A DNA stretch of 64,000 bases, taken from Bacteroidota bacterium. Its GTDB lineage: Bacteria > Bacteroidota > Bacteroidia > Bacteroidales > JAIPAH01. Both the position numbers and the translations under genes were made by a program. Under the pieces are notes generated by a model that searched no databases, was not told the DNA's origin, and saw only the letters and a program-made list of their open reading frames with translations. Below, piece by piece: positions 28,671-38,381 of the stretch. Every line of letters begins with the position of its first letter. Positions within the stretch are counted from its first letter, which is position 1. The stretch spans positions 7,871 to 71,870 of the forward strand of contig JBNJGK010000001.1 of NCBI GenBank assembly GCA_051747665.1. Reading direction: 5' to 3'.

Positions 28671-29789
28671 ATGAAAAAAATAACAACCTACCTCTTAGCA
28701 TGTATGCTTTGCTTTGTTTTTACTTCTTCAGTTGTGAAGGCACAGGATGAAATGACCATATTTATAAATGAAAGTGTAGAAGACGCTGAAAACGTGATGA
28801 ATGCATACGGCAGTCCGCTATTACGCTCATTAGGAACCAATTTTAATACGGGCTGGTTAAACACGGCTGAAGTGATGAAGTTTGGGCAGTTTGACATCAG
28901 ACTGGTAGGAACCGCTGCTTTTGCGCCGAAAAAAGATAAAACCTTTGCTCCTGCAGATTTTGGTCTCGACAGCGAAGAAACCAGCAATATTTTTACTGAT
29001 GAGCCCATATTGCCTACTATTTTCGGGGAGATGCAAGATGCAACCGTGGAGGTTAGAGCTCAGGGCCCTGACGATTCTGAGCTCCGGGTGATTGGCACCT
29101 ATACAATCCCTACTTTACAAGTGGGGGGTTCCCCAATGTTAATGCCCCAATTAAGTTTTGGATTTGTAAAAGGCACGGAAATCATGATTCGTGGCTTACC
29201 ACCTATTGAAATGCCTACCTATGAAGAATTGGACAACCTTACCACATCTTATTTTGCTGTTGGACTGAAGCATGATATCAAACAGTGGATACCTGCTGTG
29301 CGGCGCCTTCCGTTTTCATGGTCTATATATGGGGGATATTCTAATGCAAACCTTTATTATGATGGCCCATTCCTTATTCCGCAGGATATTACCGGCAATA
29401 CAGAAATGGATGAAGTAGTTTATGCCGAAGGAGAAGAACAATATCAAAATGAATATGGACAGCAGCGAATGTCTTTCGAGACAAACGGAATCACTCTTGG
29501 CACAATGGTTTCTAAGCGTTTTCCGGTAGTCACTTTGTTTGGCGGAGTGGAGTACAACTCTTCTACAACAGACCTTCTGTTTGAAGGAGCGTATCCGTAT
29601 GTTAATTTTGATGAAGAGTTTGAGCACCTTGTGGATGAGTTAAATGTTTCCGGCAAACAAACAAATTTTGGCATTACCGGTGGTGTGCGCTTTAAGCTTT
29701 TGTTGCTGAGCATAACGGCATCCGGAACGTACATGCCTGATGCGTATTCAAGCATTACACTCGCCGTGGGGGTTGGTAATTTCAGATAG
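28671..29789 (+). CDS. Hypothetical secreted, probable outer-membrane beta-rich protein (372 aa)
   Basis: Signal peptide ending VKA-QD, a Gly/Tyr/Thr-rich strand pattern and a C-terminal ...LAVGVGNFR. I cannot name a family with confidence. Confidence 0.5.
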   Translation: MKKITTYLLACMLCFVFTSSVVKAQDEMTIFINESVEDAENVMNAYGSPLLRSLGTNFNTGWLNTAEVMKFGQFDIRLVGTAAFAPKKDKTFAPADFGLDSEETSNIFTDEPILPTIFGEMQDATVEVRAQGPDDSELRVIGTYTIPTLQVGGSPMLMPQLSFGFVKGTEIMIRGLPPIEMPTYEELDNLTTSYFAVGLKHDIKQWIPAVRRLPFSWSIYGGYSNANLYYDGPFLIPQDITGNTEMDEVVYAEGEEQYQNEYGQQRMSFETNGITLGTMVSKRFPVVTLFGGVEYNSSTTDLLFEGAYPYVNFDEEFEHLVDELNVSGKQTNFGITGGVRFKLLLLSITASGTYMPDAYSSITLAVGVGNFR

Positions 29790-29803
29790 TATTCAATAAG
29801 GTT

Positions 29804-29811
29804 TAAATTTG
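29804..29811 (+). promoter_or_regulatory. Bacteroidetes-type -7 promoter box (TAAATTTG)
   Basis: Exact TAnnTTTG match 25 nt upstream of the nadE ATG. Confidence 0.4.
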
Positions 29812-29836
29812 CGGCTCAAACGAAGAAAACGGAATA

Positions 29837-31471
29837 ATGAAAATAGCATTAGCGCAGCGTAACTATACGATAGGGGATTTTGATGGCAACATTTCTAAAA
29901 TGAAAGCAGACATCCGCAAAGCAAAGCTTCAAGGGGCAGATTTGGTGGTGTTTGCAGAGCTGGCAGTTTCCGGCTATCCTCCCCGTGATTTTTTGGAGTT
30001 TGAAGATTTTGTGAGCCGTTGTTATGATGCAACAGAAGATATTGCTAAAGAAACCGAGGGAATAGCTGCTATTCTCGGTTTGCCCACACTAAATCCCCAT
30101 GAAAAAGGAAAAAGCCTTAGAAATTCAGCCGCGTTTTTGCATGATGGAAAAATTGAGGCCTTTTCTCATAAAGCCTTGCTGCCTAATTATGACGTCTTTG
30201 ATGAATACCGTTACTTTGAGCCTGATTATGATTTTCAAACAATTGATTTTAGAGGCAAGCGATTAGCTGTTACTGTGTGTGAGGATATCTGGAATGTGGA
30301 AGGGGATTATCAGTATGTGGTTTCGCCCCTGGATGAATTAAAAGCCAGTCAGCCTGATCTTATTGTTAACATTTCTGCCTCTCCATTTCATTATGATCAG
30401 CCTGCCATACGAAAACGGATTTTACGCGCAAATGTGAAGAAATACGGGATGCCGATGGTTTATGTGAATCATGTGGGAGCGCAGACCGAATTGCTTTTTG
30501 ACGGGAACTCACAAGTGATGAATCAAGACGGCGAAACATTGCTTGAGCTGGATTATTTTAAGGAAGATTTTGGTGTGGTTGATCTTGATGCCGCCCCAAC
30601 GATAGAGCCCAAGCCTCTGCCTGTAAAAATGGACGCTATTGAACAGGCTTTGGTCATGGGGCTGAAAAACTACTTTAGTAAACTGGGATTGCAAAAAGCG
30701 ATATTAGGATTGTCGGGTGGTATTGATTCTGCTGTTACTGCTGTAATCGCCGCAAAAGCTTTAGGCCCGGAAAATGTTTACGGCGTTTTGATGCCATCTG
30801 AGTTTTCTTCCGACCATTCTGTAAATGATGCTTTGGAGCTTGCGCAAAACCTGGGTATAAAACACGATATAATTAAGGTAAATCAAGTTGTGAGGAGCTT
30901 TGAGGAGGCGCTAAACCCTTACTTTGATAACCGGCCTTTTGATGTTGCTGAAGAAAACATCCAGGCCCGGGCAAGGGGTGTTATCCTGATGGGCTTGTCG
31001 AATAAATTTGGTCACATTCTCTTAAACACTTCTAACAAAAGCGAGGCCGCAGTAGGTTACGGCACCCTTTACGGAGATATGAATGGTGGACTCAGTGTTT
31101 TAGGCGATGTTTATAAAACGGAAGTGTTTGCACTTGCAAAACATATGAACAGCCGAAAAGAAGTGATTCCGGAAAACATCATCTCCAAGCCTCCCTCGGC
31201 AGAGCTAAGGCCGGATCAGAAAGACAGCGATTCGCTCCCGGATTATGCTACGCTGGATGCTATTCTGCTGATGTATATCGAAAAGCGAATGGGCCCGAAA
31301 ACGATTATTAGTAAAGGCTACGATGCTCAATTAGTGGATCGGGTGCTGAAAATGGTAAATACTACCGAATACAAGCGCCATCAAACACCTCCAATTCTGA
31401 GGGTTTCACCCAAAGCTTTTGGTATGGGAAGGCGCATGCCTATCGTAGCAAAATATCTCACCGATAAATAA
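29837..31471 (+). CDS. nadE: Glutamine-dependent NAD+ synthetase
   Basis: N-terminal nitrilase/CN-hydrolase domain (...AVTVCEDIW...) plus a C-terminal synthetase domain with the PP-loop GLSGGIDSAV. Confidence 0.95.
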   Translation: MKIALAQRNYTIGDFDGNISKMKADIRKAKLQGADLVVFAELAVSGYPPRDFLEFEDFVSRCYDATEDIAKETEGIAAILGLPTLNPHEKGKSLRNSAAFLHDGKIEAFSHKALLPNYDVFDEYRYFEPDYDFQTIDFRGKRLAVTVCEDIWNVEGDYQYVVSPLDELKASQPDLIVNISASPFHYDQPAIRKRILRANVKKYGMPMVYVNHVGAQTELLFDGNSQVMNQDGETLLELDYFKEDFGVVDLDAAPTIEPKPLPVKMDAIEQALVMGLKNYFSKLGLQKAILGLSGGIDSAVTAVIAAKALGPENVYGVLMPSEFSSDHSVNDALELAQNLGIKHDIIKVNQVVRSFEEALNPYFDNRPFDVAEENIQARARGVILMGLSNKFGHILLNTSNKSEAAVGYGTLYGDMNGGLSVLGDVYKTEVFALAKHMNSRKEVIPENIISKPPSAELRPDQKDSDSLPDYATLDAILLMYIEKRMGPKTIISKGYDAQLVDRVLKMVNTTEYKRHQTPPILRVSPKAFGMGRRMPIVAKYLTDK

Positions 31472-31481
31472 TTCACCAAAT

Positions 31482-31519
31482 CACCGGAGCAATGACTGCT
31501 TTAGAGCATTGCTCCGGTG
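31482..31519. terminator. 13-bp stem-loop between convergent nadE and the NifU-like gene
   Basis: CACCGGAGCAATG-N12-CATTGCTCCGGTG is perfectly complementary. No strong T-run on either side. Confidence 0.6.
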
Positions 31520-31542
31520 CTTGAAGTAACTACAGTCTTCGT

Positions 31543-31791
31543 TTACTGAGCTTCTATCGATTCTACCGATTTAATTTCCGGTATAGCTTTTTTTACGGCT
31601 TCTTCAACTCCGTTTTTCAGTGTCATTACACTGTAAGGGCATGTTCCGCAAGCTCCCTGAAGCTCTACGTTTACCGTCATGTCATCTGTCAGGTTCACAA
31701 AACGGATATCTCCTCCGTCTGCTTGCAGGTAAGGCCTTATCTGCTCTAATACATTGGTTACCTTTTTCTCAATTACATTTTTGTTTTCCAT
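31543..31791 (-). CDS. NifU C-terminal-domain (Nfu-type) Fe-S cluster protein
   Basis: An 82-aa protein with the CxxC motif in ...LQGACGTCPYS... Confidence 0.85.
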   Translation of the reverse strand: MENKNVIEKKVTNVLEQIRPYLQADGGDIRFVNLTDDMTVNVELQGACGTCPYSVMTLKNGVEEAVKKAIPEIKSVESIEAQ

Positions 31792-31798
31792 CGCTATT

Positions 31799-32893
31799 CT
31801 ATTTTGTGTTTATCTCCACTTTTTGTGTGGGTGGCTGCTCTATATTTCTGATTTTGATTTGCTCTATGATATTCCTGGCCAGGTTGTCAAAGGCTTCGCC
31901 CGAAATGCTGTTTTCTTCCAAAGCAATGGGTTTTCCTTCGTCTCCCGATTCTCTGATTTTTTCCACCATCGGAATTTCGCCCAGCAGTTTAGCACCTGTT
32001 TTTTCTGCCAGCTTCCGGCAGCCTTCTTTCCCGAAAAGGTAATACTTCTTATCCGGCAACTCCGGAGGAGTGAAATATGACATGTTTTCGATTAAGCCCA
32101 GAACAGGCACATTAATTTTGTTTTGCTTGAACATTGCCATGGCTTTTCTAGCATCTGCCAAAGCCATTTCCTGTGGTGTGGAAATGATGGCAACTCCGGT
32201 AACAGGCACTTCCTGAACCAACGTCAGGTGGATGTCGCCGGTTCCCGGAGGCAAGTCTACCACCAGGTAGTCCAGCTCTCCCCAATCCGCATCATTAAAG
32301 AGTTGCTTTAAAGCGCTCGTAGCCATCGGGCCTCTCCATATCAGTGCTTGCTCAGGGTCAACAAAGAAGCCGATTGACAGCACTTTGATGCCATATTTCT
32401 CTATGGGGATTATAATGTCTTTGCCGTTTTCTTTTTTGATTTCCGGACGGCCATCCGTCAGCCCAAACATCAGAGGAACAGAAGGACCGTAGATGTCGGC
32501 ATCTATTAATCCGACTTTTGCTCCGGTTTTTGATAATGAAAGCGCCAGGTTGGCGGCTACAGTAGATTTGCCTACGCCTCCTTTACCTGATGCAACACCT
32601 AAAATGTTTTTGACACCTGACAACGGTTCTTTGCCGCCTACAAGGTCTTCTGAGGTTTCCTTGATATCTACTTCCAGTTTGTCGCTCAGATTTGTGGCTA
32701 TTGCTTTACGGCACGCCGGAATAACAATAGCAGAGTTTTTGTCTTTTGACGTGGGAAAAACCAGCGTAAAGGATACTTTGTCATTGGTTACTTCTATATC
32801 GCGAACCATGTTTAGGTTTACGATATTATCGTTCTTGGGGAAATATATTACCTCTTTGAGTGCAAATAGCACTTCTGATTTTGAATAAGCCAT
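31799..32893 (-). CDS. mrp: Mrp/ApbC/NBP35-family Fe-S cluster carrier ATPase
   Basis: N-terminal DUF59-like domain, deviant Walker A ASGKGGVGKST and a conserved ...DLPPGTGD... motif. Confidence 0.9.
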   Translation of the reverse strand: MAYSKSEVLFALKEVIYFPKNDNIVNLNMVRDIEVTNDKVSFTLVFPTSKDKNSAIVIPACRKAIATNLSDKLEVDIKETSEDLVGGKEPLSGVKNILGVASGKGGVGKSTVAANLALSLSKTGAKVGLIDADIYGPSVPLMFGLTDGRPEIKKENGKDIIIPIEKYGIKVLSIGFFVDPEQALIWRGPMATSALKQLFNDADWGELDYLVVDLPPGTGDIHLTLVQEVPVTGVAIISTPQEMALADARKAMAMFKQNKINVPVLGLIENMSYFTPPELPDKKYYLFGKEGCRKLAEKTGAKLLGEIPMVEKIRESGDEGKPIALEENSISGEAFDNLARNIIEQIKIRNIEQPPTQKVEINTK

Positions 32894-33127
32894 ATTATTT
32901 TTGTTTTTGTTCTGAATTGTTTTTTACATGAAAAAATGTACATGCGTTATTATTCAGATTAAATTTAATTTAGGGCAAAATTATAACTAATTTGGGATTT
33001 TTTATTCAAAGAAAGGCAAGATTAACGCCCTGACAGGTTGTCTTAATTATAAAGGAAAGTTGATGGAAAATACAACTTTTGATTGTCGGTATGCGTTTTG
33101 TGACTGTAGCTGAAAAGAAAAGGAATT

Positions 33128-35344
33128 ATGCAAGCAAGCGAGATAGCATCCACCCATAAACGCGCAGAACGTTTTGCCTTAAAAGGCAGAATAAAAGACG
33201 CCATAACTCTTACAGGCAGGTTGACAGCAGAAAGCGACCGAACGGATTATCATGAAATGCTTCAGCAAATAGAAGAAAACTATAAGTGGATTGCATACTA
33301 TGCTTTCCGGGGCACAGATGATCCTGAGCGTAATCAAGTGATTCAAAACCTGTTGCAGCAGCTCTTTGATCTTAATGATGAAGTATACTTTTACTTACGC
33401 CGGCCTTATTTTGAAAACATCAAATTGCGTTACAAAGCAGCCGGAGAACCTGTTGAAATTAAAAAGCCTGAGGATGTAGAAGCAATTCTGGAGGAGATGA
33501 ACTTTTCAAGGGAGGTTTCGGATGTTTTGCAGGATAGTTCTTATGGGGAAAAAGCCGCCACAATCCCGGAAAGGCTTTTTTATCAGTGGCTTTTTCAAGG
33601 GCATGTCTCCAATGCGGAACTGAAAATGATGGAGAACGTTGCGGAAAGTGAAGAGGCCTTTCAGTGGTACGAAAAAGGTTTTCTGGTTAGCGCCATCACG
33701 TTAAGTTTATTGCAATGGTTTGATGAAAACAAATTCAAAGCCTTGTTTGCGTTCTATAAAGCCGGAGAAAATCAAATATGGCAGCGCGCTTTGGTGGGTC
33801 TGGTTTTAGGATTTTATTTTTATGATTCCCGCATTCATTTGTATCCTGATGTCAATGGTATCCGTTTTCAGCTTGGAGAAGACCCTGGAAATGATAAAGA
33901 TATAGAAGCCATTATTATTCAGTTTATCCGCTCAAAAGATACTGAAAAGGTAACCAAAAAGATGCAGGAAGAGATTATTCCTGAAATGATAAAGCTAAAA
34001 CCGAAACTGGAAGACCGGCTCAGCCTTGAAGATTTAATCAAGGAAGATGATGAGGACGATGACAAAAACCCGAAATGGGAAACTTTCTTCAAAGATACTC
34101 CGGGATTGGTGGATAAAATGGAGGAGTTTTCAAAGATGCAGATGGATGGCGCGGATGTTTTCATGAGCGCTTTTTCAATGCTGAAGCAGTTTGATTTTTT
34201 CAATGAACCGGTAAACTGGTTCAGGCCTTTTTATGCGGAAAATGAGCAGGTTAAACAGGCTTTAGAGAAAGAAGAAATTCCTGTGGACACCGATAAATTT
34301 TTAAAGGGAATAGAAGGGTCTGCTTTTATCTGTAATAGCGATAAATATTCTTTCATGCTAAATATCAGCCAAATGCCATCGGCTCAAAAACAAACCATGT
34401 TCAGTATGATGCAATCTGAACTTGAGCAAATGAACGAAATGGCTCAGCAAGATGCCATGATTGATGATGCATCCAAAAATAAGACGGTCTTCGTACAGTA
34501 TATTCAGGACTTGTATCGTTTTTTTAAATTAAGCAATTTAAAATCGGATTTCGGAGATATCTTTTCTTATAAGCTGGATGTGCACAATACAAGTAGTTTT
34601 GGGCAAATGGTGAGTGATAAAAAAGTAGTCAGAAACATTGCCGAGTTTTATTTTGAGTCGGAGCATTATGAGGATGCGGTAAATATCTATGACCAGCTTG
34701 TAGCTAAAGGTATTAACGAACCTGAAATTTATGAAAAGCTTGGATATGCTTTTCAAAAAATGGAGAAATATGATCAGGCTCTGGAGAATCATAAAAAAGC
34801 GGAATTGTTTGATTCAAACCGGGTGTGGAATCTTAAGCAAATCGGGTATTGCCTGAGGAAACTGGGCAGAGCCGGTGAAGCCATTAAATATTATGAGGAT
34901 GCAGAGAGGTTAGAGCCTGAGGATTTGAGGCTTAAAGCAGCCATCGCATACACTCATCTACAGCGGAAGGATTATGAACAAGCCCAGAAATACTATCTTG
35001 AAATAGAAGAATCCTCCGGAACGCTGGCAGCAAAGCGGCCGGTGGCCTGGTGTGCTTTCTTGCTCGGAAAAACAGATATGGCAGAACATTATTACAAGGT
35101 TATCGAAGATGAAGCTCCCAATCATTATGATCTGATGAATATGGGGCATGTTCAGTGGGTTTTAGGCCATACGCAAAACGCGGTGGATTATTACATCAGG
35201 AGCATCCGCGCTGAAGGCAATTCCCTGAAGCGATTTCTGATAGGTTTTGAGGAAGACAAAACGCATTTGGTAGCCAATGGGGTGAAACCGGAGATTATTC
35301 CGCTGGTGATAGACTATATGCGATATCAGCTTAGCAAGCATTAA
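33128..35344 (+). CDS. Large TPR-repeat protein (738 aa), function unknown
   Basis: The C-terminal ~230 aa show TPR-like A/Y/L periodicity (...YEDAVNIYDQLV...YEKLGYAFQKMEKYDQALENHKKA...). The N-terminal ~500 aa are not recognisable. Confidence 0.6.
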   Translation: MQASEIASTHKRAERFALKGRIKDAITLTGRLTAESDRTDYHEMLQQIEENYKWIAYYAFRGTDDPERNQVIQNLLQQLFDLNDEVYFYLRRPYFENIKLRYKAAGEPVEIKKPEDVEAILEEMNFSREVSDVLQDSSYGEKAATIPERLFYQWLFQGHVSNAELKMMENVAESEEAFQWYEKGFLVSAITLSLLQWFDENKFKALFAFYKAGENQIWQRALVGLVLGFYFYDSRIHLYPDVNGIRFQLGEDPGNDKDIEAIIIQFIRSKDTEKVTKKMQEEIIPEMIKLKPKLEDRLSLEDLIKEDDEDDDKNPKWETFFKDTPGLVDKMEEFSKMQMDGADVFMSAFSMLKQFDFFNEPVNWFRPFYAENEQVKQALEKEEIPVDTDKFLKGIEGSAFICNSDKYSFMLNISQMPSAQKQTMFSMMQSELEQMNEMAQQDAMIDDASKNKTVFVQYIQDLYRFFKLSNLKSDFGDIFSYKLDVHNTSSFGQMVSDKKVVRNIAEFYFESEHYEDAVNIYDQLVAKGINEPEIYEKLGYAFQKMEKYDQALENHKKAELFDSNRVWNLKQIGYCLRKLGRAGEAIKYYEDAERLEPEDLRLKAAIAYTHLQRKDYEQAQKYYLEIEESSGTLAAKRPVAWCAFLLGKTDMAEHYYKVIEDEAPNHYDLMNMGHVQWVLGHTQNAVDYYIRSIRAEGNSLKRFLIGFEEDKTHLVANGVKPEIIPLVIDYMRYQLSKH

Positions 35345-35679
35345 TCCAGTTCTTGTGACGGGTCCCAAAAATGTTTTTCAAAGTTCATGATCTGATCATT
35401 TTTGACTTCCATGCCTTCATTTTCAAGCAATTGTTGCATGAGTTCAGGGGTTTGAAAATGGTTCTTACCTGTAAGCAATCCGTTTCGATTAACTACACGG
35501 TGTGCCGGGATTTGGACTGCCTGACTGTGAGAGGCGTTCATAGCCCAACCTACCATGCGGGCTGCGCCTTTTGAGCCTAAATAATTTGCTATTGCACCGT
35601 ATGTGGTAACGCGGCCGTAGGGAACCTTCAGCACAATATCATACACTTTGGCAAAGAAACTATCACGGTTTTTTGTCAT
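35341..35679 (-). CDS. MGMT-family DNA-binding protein lacking the acceptor cysteine (alkyltransferase-like, ATL)
   Basis: Single AGT C-terminal-type domain of 112 aa. The active-site motif reads P-A-H-R-V-V (QIPAHRVVNRNG) instead of PCHRV. Confidence 0.7.
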   Translation of the reverse strand: MTKNRDSFFAKVYDIVLKVPYGRVTTYGAIANYLGSKGAARMVGWAMNASHSQAVQIPAHRVVNRNGLLTGKNHFQTPELMQQLLENEGMEVKNDQIMNFEKHFWDPSQELD

Positions 35680-36353
35680 GATGAAGGGTTTAGTGAAAAG
35701 CGGAGATATTTGATTTTTTTGTTTTCCTCAAGCCACTTTCTTTCATAATAGGTTTGCAGTGTAGTAGCGTCCTCATTGGCCTCTGGTTCACTGTAAAGGT
35801 CGGCCGTAGAATAATGCAGGCGATGATTGTTTTCATGAATGGTTTCTATGGTAAACTCATACATGAGCGTGCTGTCTGTTTTCAGGTGAACCGGTCCCTC
35901 ATTTTTCAGGACTTTTTCATAAAGGGTTAAAAAACGTGCGGAAGTCATGCGTTTTTTGGCTCTTCTTTTTTTGGGGAAAGGATCGGGGAATGTAATCCAG
36001 AACTCATCAATCTCATTTTCTTCAAAAGCATATAAGATATGTTCAATCTGAATGCGGAGAAAAGCGATGTTCTGAAGCTCTTTCTCTGTGGCTTCGCGAG
36101 CGCCTTTCAGGAGGCGATCGCCTTTTATGTCTATAGCAATGAAGTTTTTGTCAGGATATTTGGCGGCCAGCATCAGGCTGGTTTCGCCCTTTCCGGCTCC
36201 CAGCTCTACGATAATCGGATTTTTATTACCGAAAAAAGCATTTTTCCATCGGCCTCTCATTTCGTAGCCCCCGAATAATGTTTGACGGTCGGGCTGCAGA
36301 ATATTGGAAAACTGTAAGGTTTGTTCGTATTTTTTCAGCTTGTTTTTTCCCAC
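35676..36353 (-). CDS. trmB: tRNA (guanine-N7)-methyltransferase
   Basis: The TrmB pattern ...VELGAGKGE...FPDPFPKKRRAKKR... is present. The stop overlaps the ATL start by 4 nt. Confidence 0.9.
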   Translation of the reverse strand: MGKNKLKKYEQTLQFSNILQPDRQTLFGGYEMRGRWKNAFFGNKNPIIVELGAGKGETSLMLAAKYPDKNFIAIDIKGDRLLKGAREATEKELQNIAFLRIQIEHILYAFEENEIDEFWITFPDPFPKKRRAKKRMTSARFLTLYEKVLKNEGPVHLKTDSTLMYEFTIETIHENNHRLHYSTADLYSEPEANEDATTLQTYYERKWLEENKKIKYLRFSLNPSS

Positions 36354-36407
36354 CAGAACTAAGTTTTAGCCCGCAAAAATAAAATAAAAACCCAAAAAAG
36401 CGTAATG

Positions 36408-37499
36408 TTATTTTGCCAGCAGCCAGGCATCAGGATAATCTTCGCGCCTGATAAAGTTAAGTTTTTCTATGGCGCGGCTGCGCGAATTTTCTTTTAAGGC
36501 AGCAACCCGGTGATATCCCTGGGAATTTTCATCAACGACCAATGGAGAAAATCCAAACTGCTCTAACTTTCTGATGTGTTGCTGTGCGTTTTTGCTGTTT
36601 TTAAATGAACCTGTGATGATAAAATAACCCTGGGGTTCATACTGATTTTCTTTTTTCGGCGCTTCCTCCTCGGTGTTTTCCTCACTGAAATCTTCTGTTG
36701 AGGATTTGGTCTGTTCTGAGACTATATTTTTTGTGTTATCCAACTGGCTCAGGCTTTCTGAAGAAGAGGGCAGAAATGAAGAATGGTTTGTTTCAAAAGG
36801 CGTAGCTTTTTTTCCTCTTTCTTCAGCTATTTGTTCTGCTTCTTCCAGTGTGAGTGATTCCGGTTTTGCTTCATTTGTGATGGGGGCCAGATATTTAGCA
36901 TATTCTTTATATTGCTGCTTTATCATGTCTTTATTCAGGAAACCCCATATTCCCAGAGCGGCTAAAGGCACAAGCACTGCAGCCCACTTCAGGCCTTTGA
37001 GCCAGCGACGGCTCTGCGGAAGCGATTCATTGTCTTTTGGTGTTCTGCGATAGTGCGGTATTTCATTGAGCCTGTGGATAACCGGAAAATGAAATGAAGT
37101 AAGACCGAAGGCTTGCGGGAGGTAATTGATTTCGGTGTCCTGTTCAAACTGAATGCTTCCGTTTTCATCTTTAAAAAGCAAACCAATTCCCCGGAAACGG
37201 ACTTTCTTTTCCGCGTCCATTTCTTTGTTGCATGAGGATGCGAATCTTCGGATTACATTCATGGCAGCTTCATAGCTGATGTTTTCACTACTGGCTATAA
37301 AATTGGCCAGAATGCCGTCGTTGCTCTTTAGCCGGCTGTTAAAAAGAATTTTTTTGCATGGAGGGTGAAAAAGGTTTTTTTCCCGGTCAATATATGCAGA
37401 CTCATAGCTGGATACAAACCCTCCAAAACCGGGAATGATCACGCAATCATGGTCGTACAATAATTCTGATATATATTTCATTTCCATCCCTTTAATCAT
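36408..37499 (-). CDS. SPOR-domain protein with an N-terminal HU-like domain
   Basis: N-terminus ...YISELLYDHDCVIIPGFGGF (HU/CCDC81-like), one TM segment and a C-terminal SPOR domain (GYFIITGSFKNSKNAQQHIRKLEQFGF...). The true start may be Met5 or Met7. Confidence 0.75.
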   Translation of the reverse strand: MIKGMEMKYISELLYDHDCVIIPGFGGFVSSYESAYIDREKNLFHPPCKKILFNSRLKSNDGILANFIASSENISYEAAMNVIRRFASSCNKEMDAEKKVRFRGIGLLFKDENGSIQFEQDTEINYLPQAFGLTSFHFPVIHRLNEIPHYRRTPKDNESLPQSRRWLKGLKWAAVLVPLAALGIWGFLNKDMIKQQYKEYAKYLAPITNEAKPESLTLEEAEQIAEERGKKATPFETNHSSFLPSSSESLSQLDNTKNIVSEQTKSSTEDFSEENTEEEAPKKENQYEPQGYFIITGSFKNSKNAQQHIRKLEQFGFSPLVVDENSQGYHRVAALKENSRSRAIEKLNFIRREDYPDAWLLAK

Positions 37500-37535
37500 G
37501 ACGAAGATAATTCAAATTCTGATACAATCAAACAT

Positions 37536-38297
37536 TTACTGTGGCTTATTATTTTGTTTTTGGGTAATCCTTACAATATCATCATAAGTATCTATTCCTT
37601 GCGTATCAGTTTCTGTCAGGTCAACATGTATTTTAAAACCATGTTCAAGCCATCTTAGTTGCTCCAGCGCTTCTGCTTGTTCCAGCATCCCGTAAGGTAG
37701 TTTTACCAACTGCTTCAGAACACTTGTCCGGTAGCCGTAAATTCCTATATGCTTGTAAAAAGCCGTTTCAGAATTCGATGCTTCCAAATTCTTTTCCCGC
37801 AGAAATGGAATCGCAGCCCTGCTAAAATATAAAGCCTCGTTGTTCTTGTTTTTTATTGCCTTTACGATATTCGGATCATTTCGTTGCGTTTTATCTGTAA
37901 TAGTTTTCAACAATGTTCCGATTTGCACTTGTTTTTTCAAAAACAAATCTGCTACCTGCTTTATTTGCACCGGGTCAATATAAGGTTCATCGCCTTGTAT
38001 ATTCACTACCACATCAAACGCATTACCTTTTTTTTCTTCTTTGATAAGCGCTTCATGGCATCGCTCTGTTCCAGAACGATGCTTTTCCGATGTCATAACA
38101 ACTTTTCCTCCAAAATCAGTAACATGGTTGTAAATAACCTGGTTGTCAGTAGCTATTATCACTGAGCTAAGCAATTTGCATTTGCCGGCTTGTTCATAAA
38201 CCCGCTGAATCATGCTTTTCCCTTCAATCATAGCCAAAGGTTTTCCGGGAAACCTTGAAGAATCATATCTGGAAGGAATGATGCCTGCAATGTTCAT
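37536..38297 (-). CDS. kdsB: 3-deoxy-manno-octulosonate cytidylyltransferase (CMP-KDO synthetase)
   Basis: MNIAGIIPSRYDSSRFPGKPL...NIQGDEP motifs. Start moved from 38333 to the family-typical Met at 38297. Confidence 0.9.
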   Translation of the reverse strand: MNIAGIIPSRYDSSRFPGKPLAMIEGKSMIQRVYEQAGKCKLLSSVIIATDNQVIYNHVTDFGGKVVMTSEKHRSGTERCHEALIKEEKKGNAFDVVVNIQGDEPYIDPVQIKQVADLFLKKQVQIGTLLKTITDKTQRNDPNIVKAIKNKNNEALYFSRAAIPFLREKNLEASNSETAFYKHIGIYGYRTSVLKQLVKLPYGMLEQAEALEQLRWLEHGFKIHVDLTETDTQGIDTYDDIVRITQKQNNKPQ

Positions 38298-38381
38298 GGT
38301 TTTTTCGTTTTTGATAATATGTGCAATAATCAACAGCTTTTGCTCATTAGCCTCTGACGAAGTTTTGAAGCAGAAGGCTGT

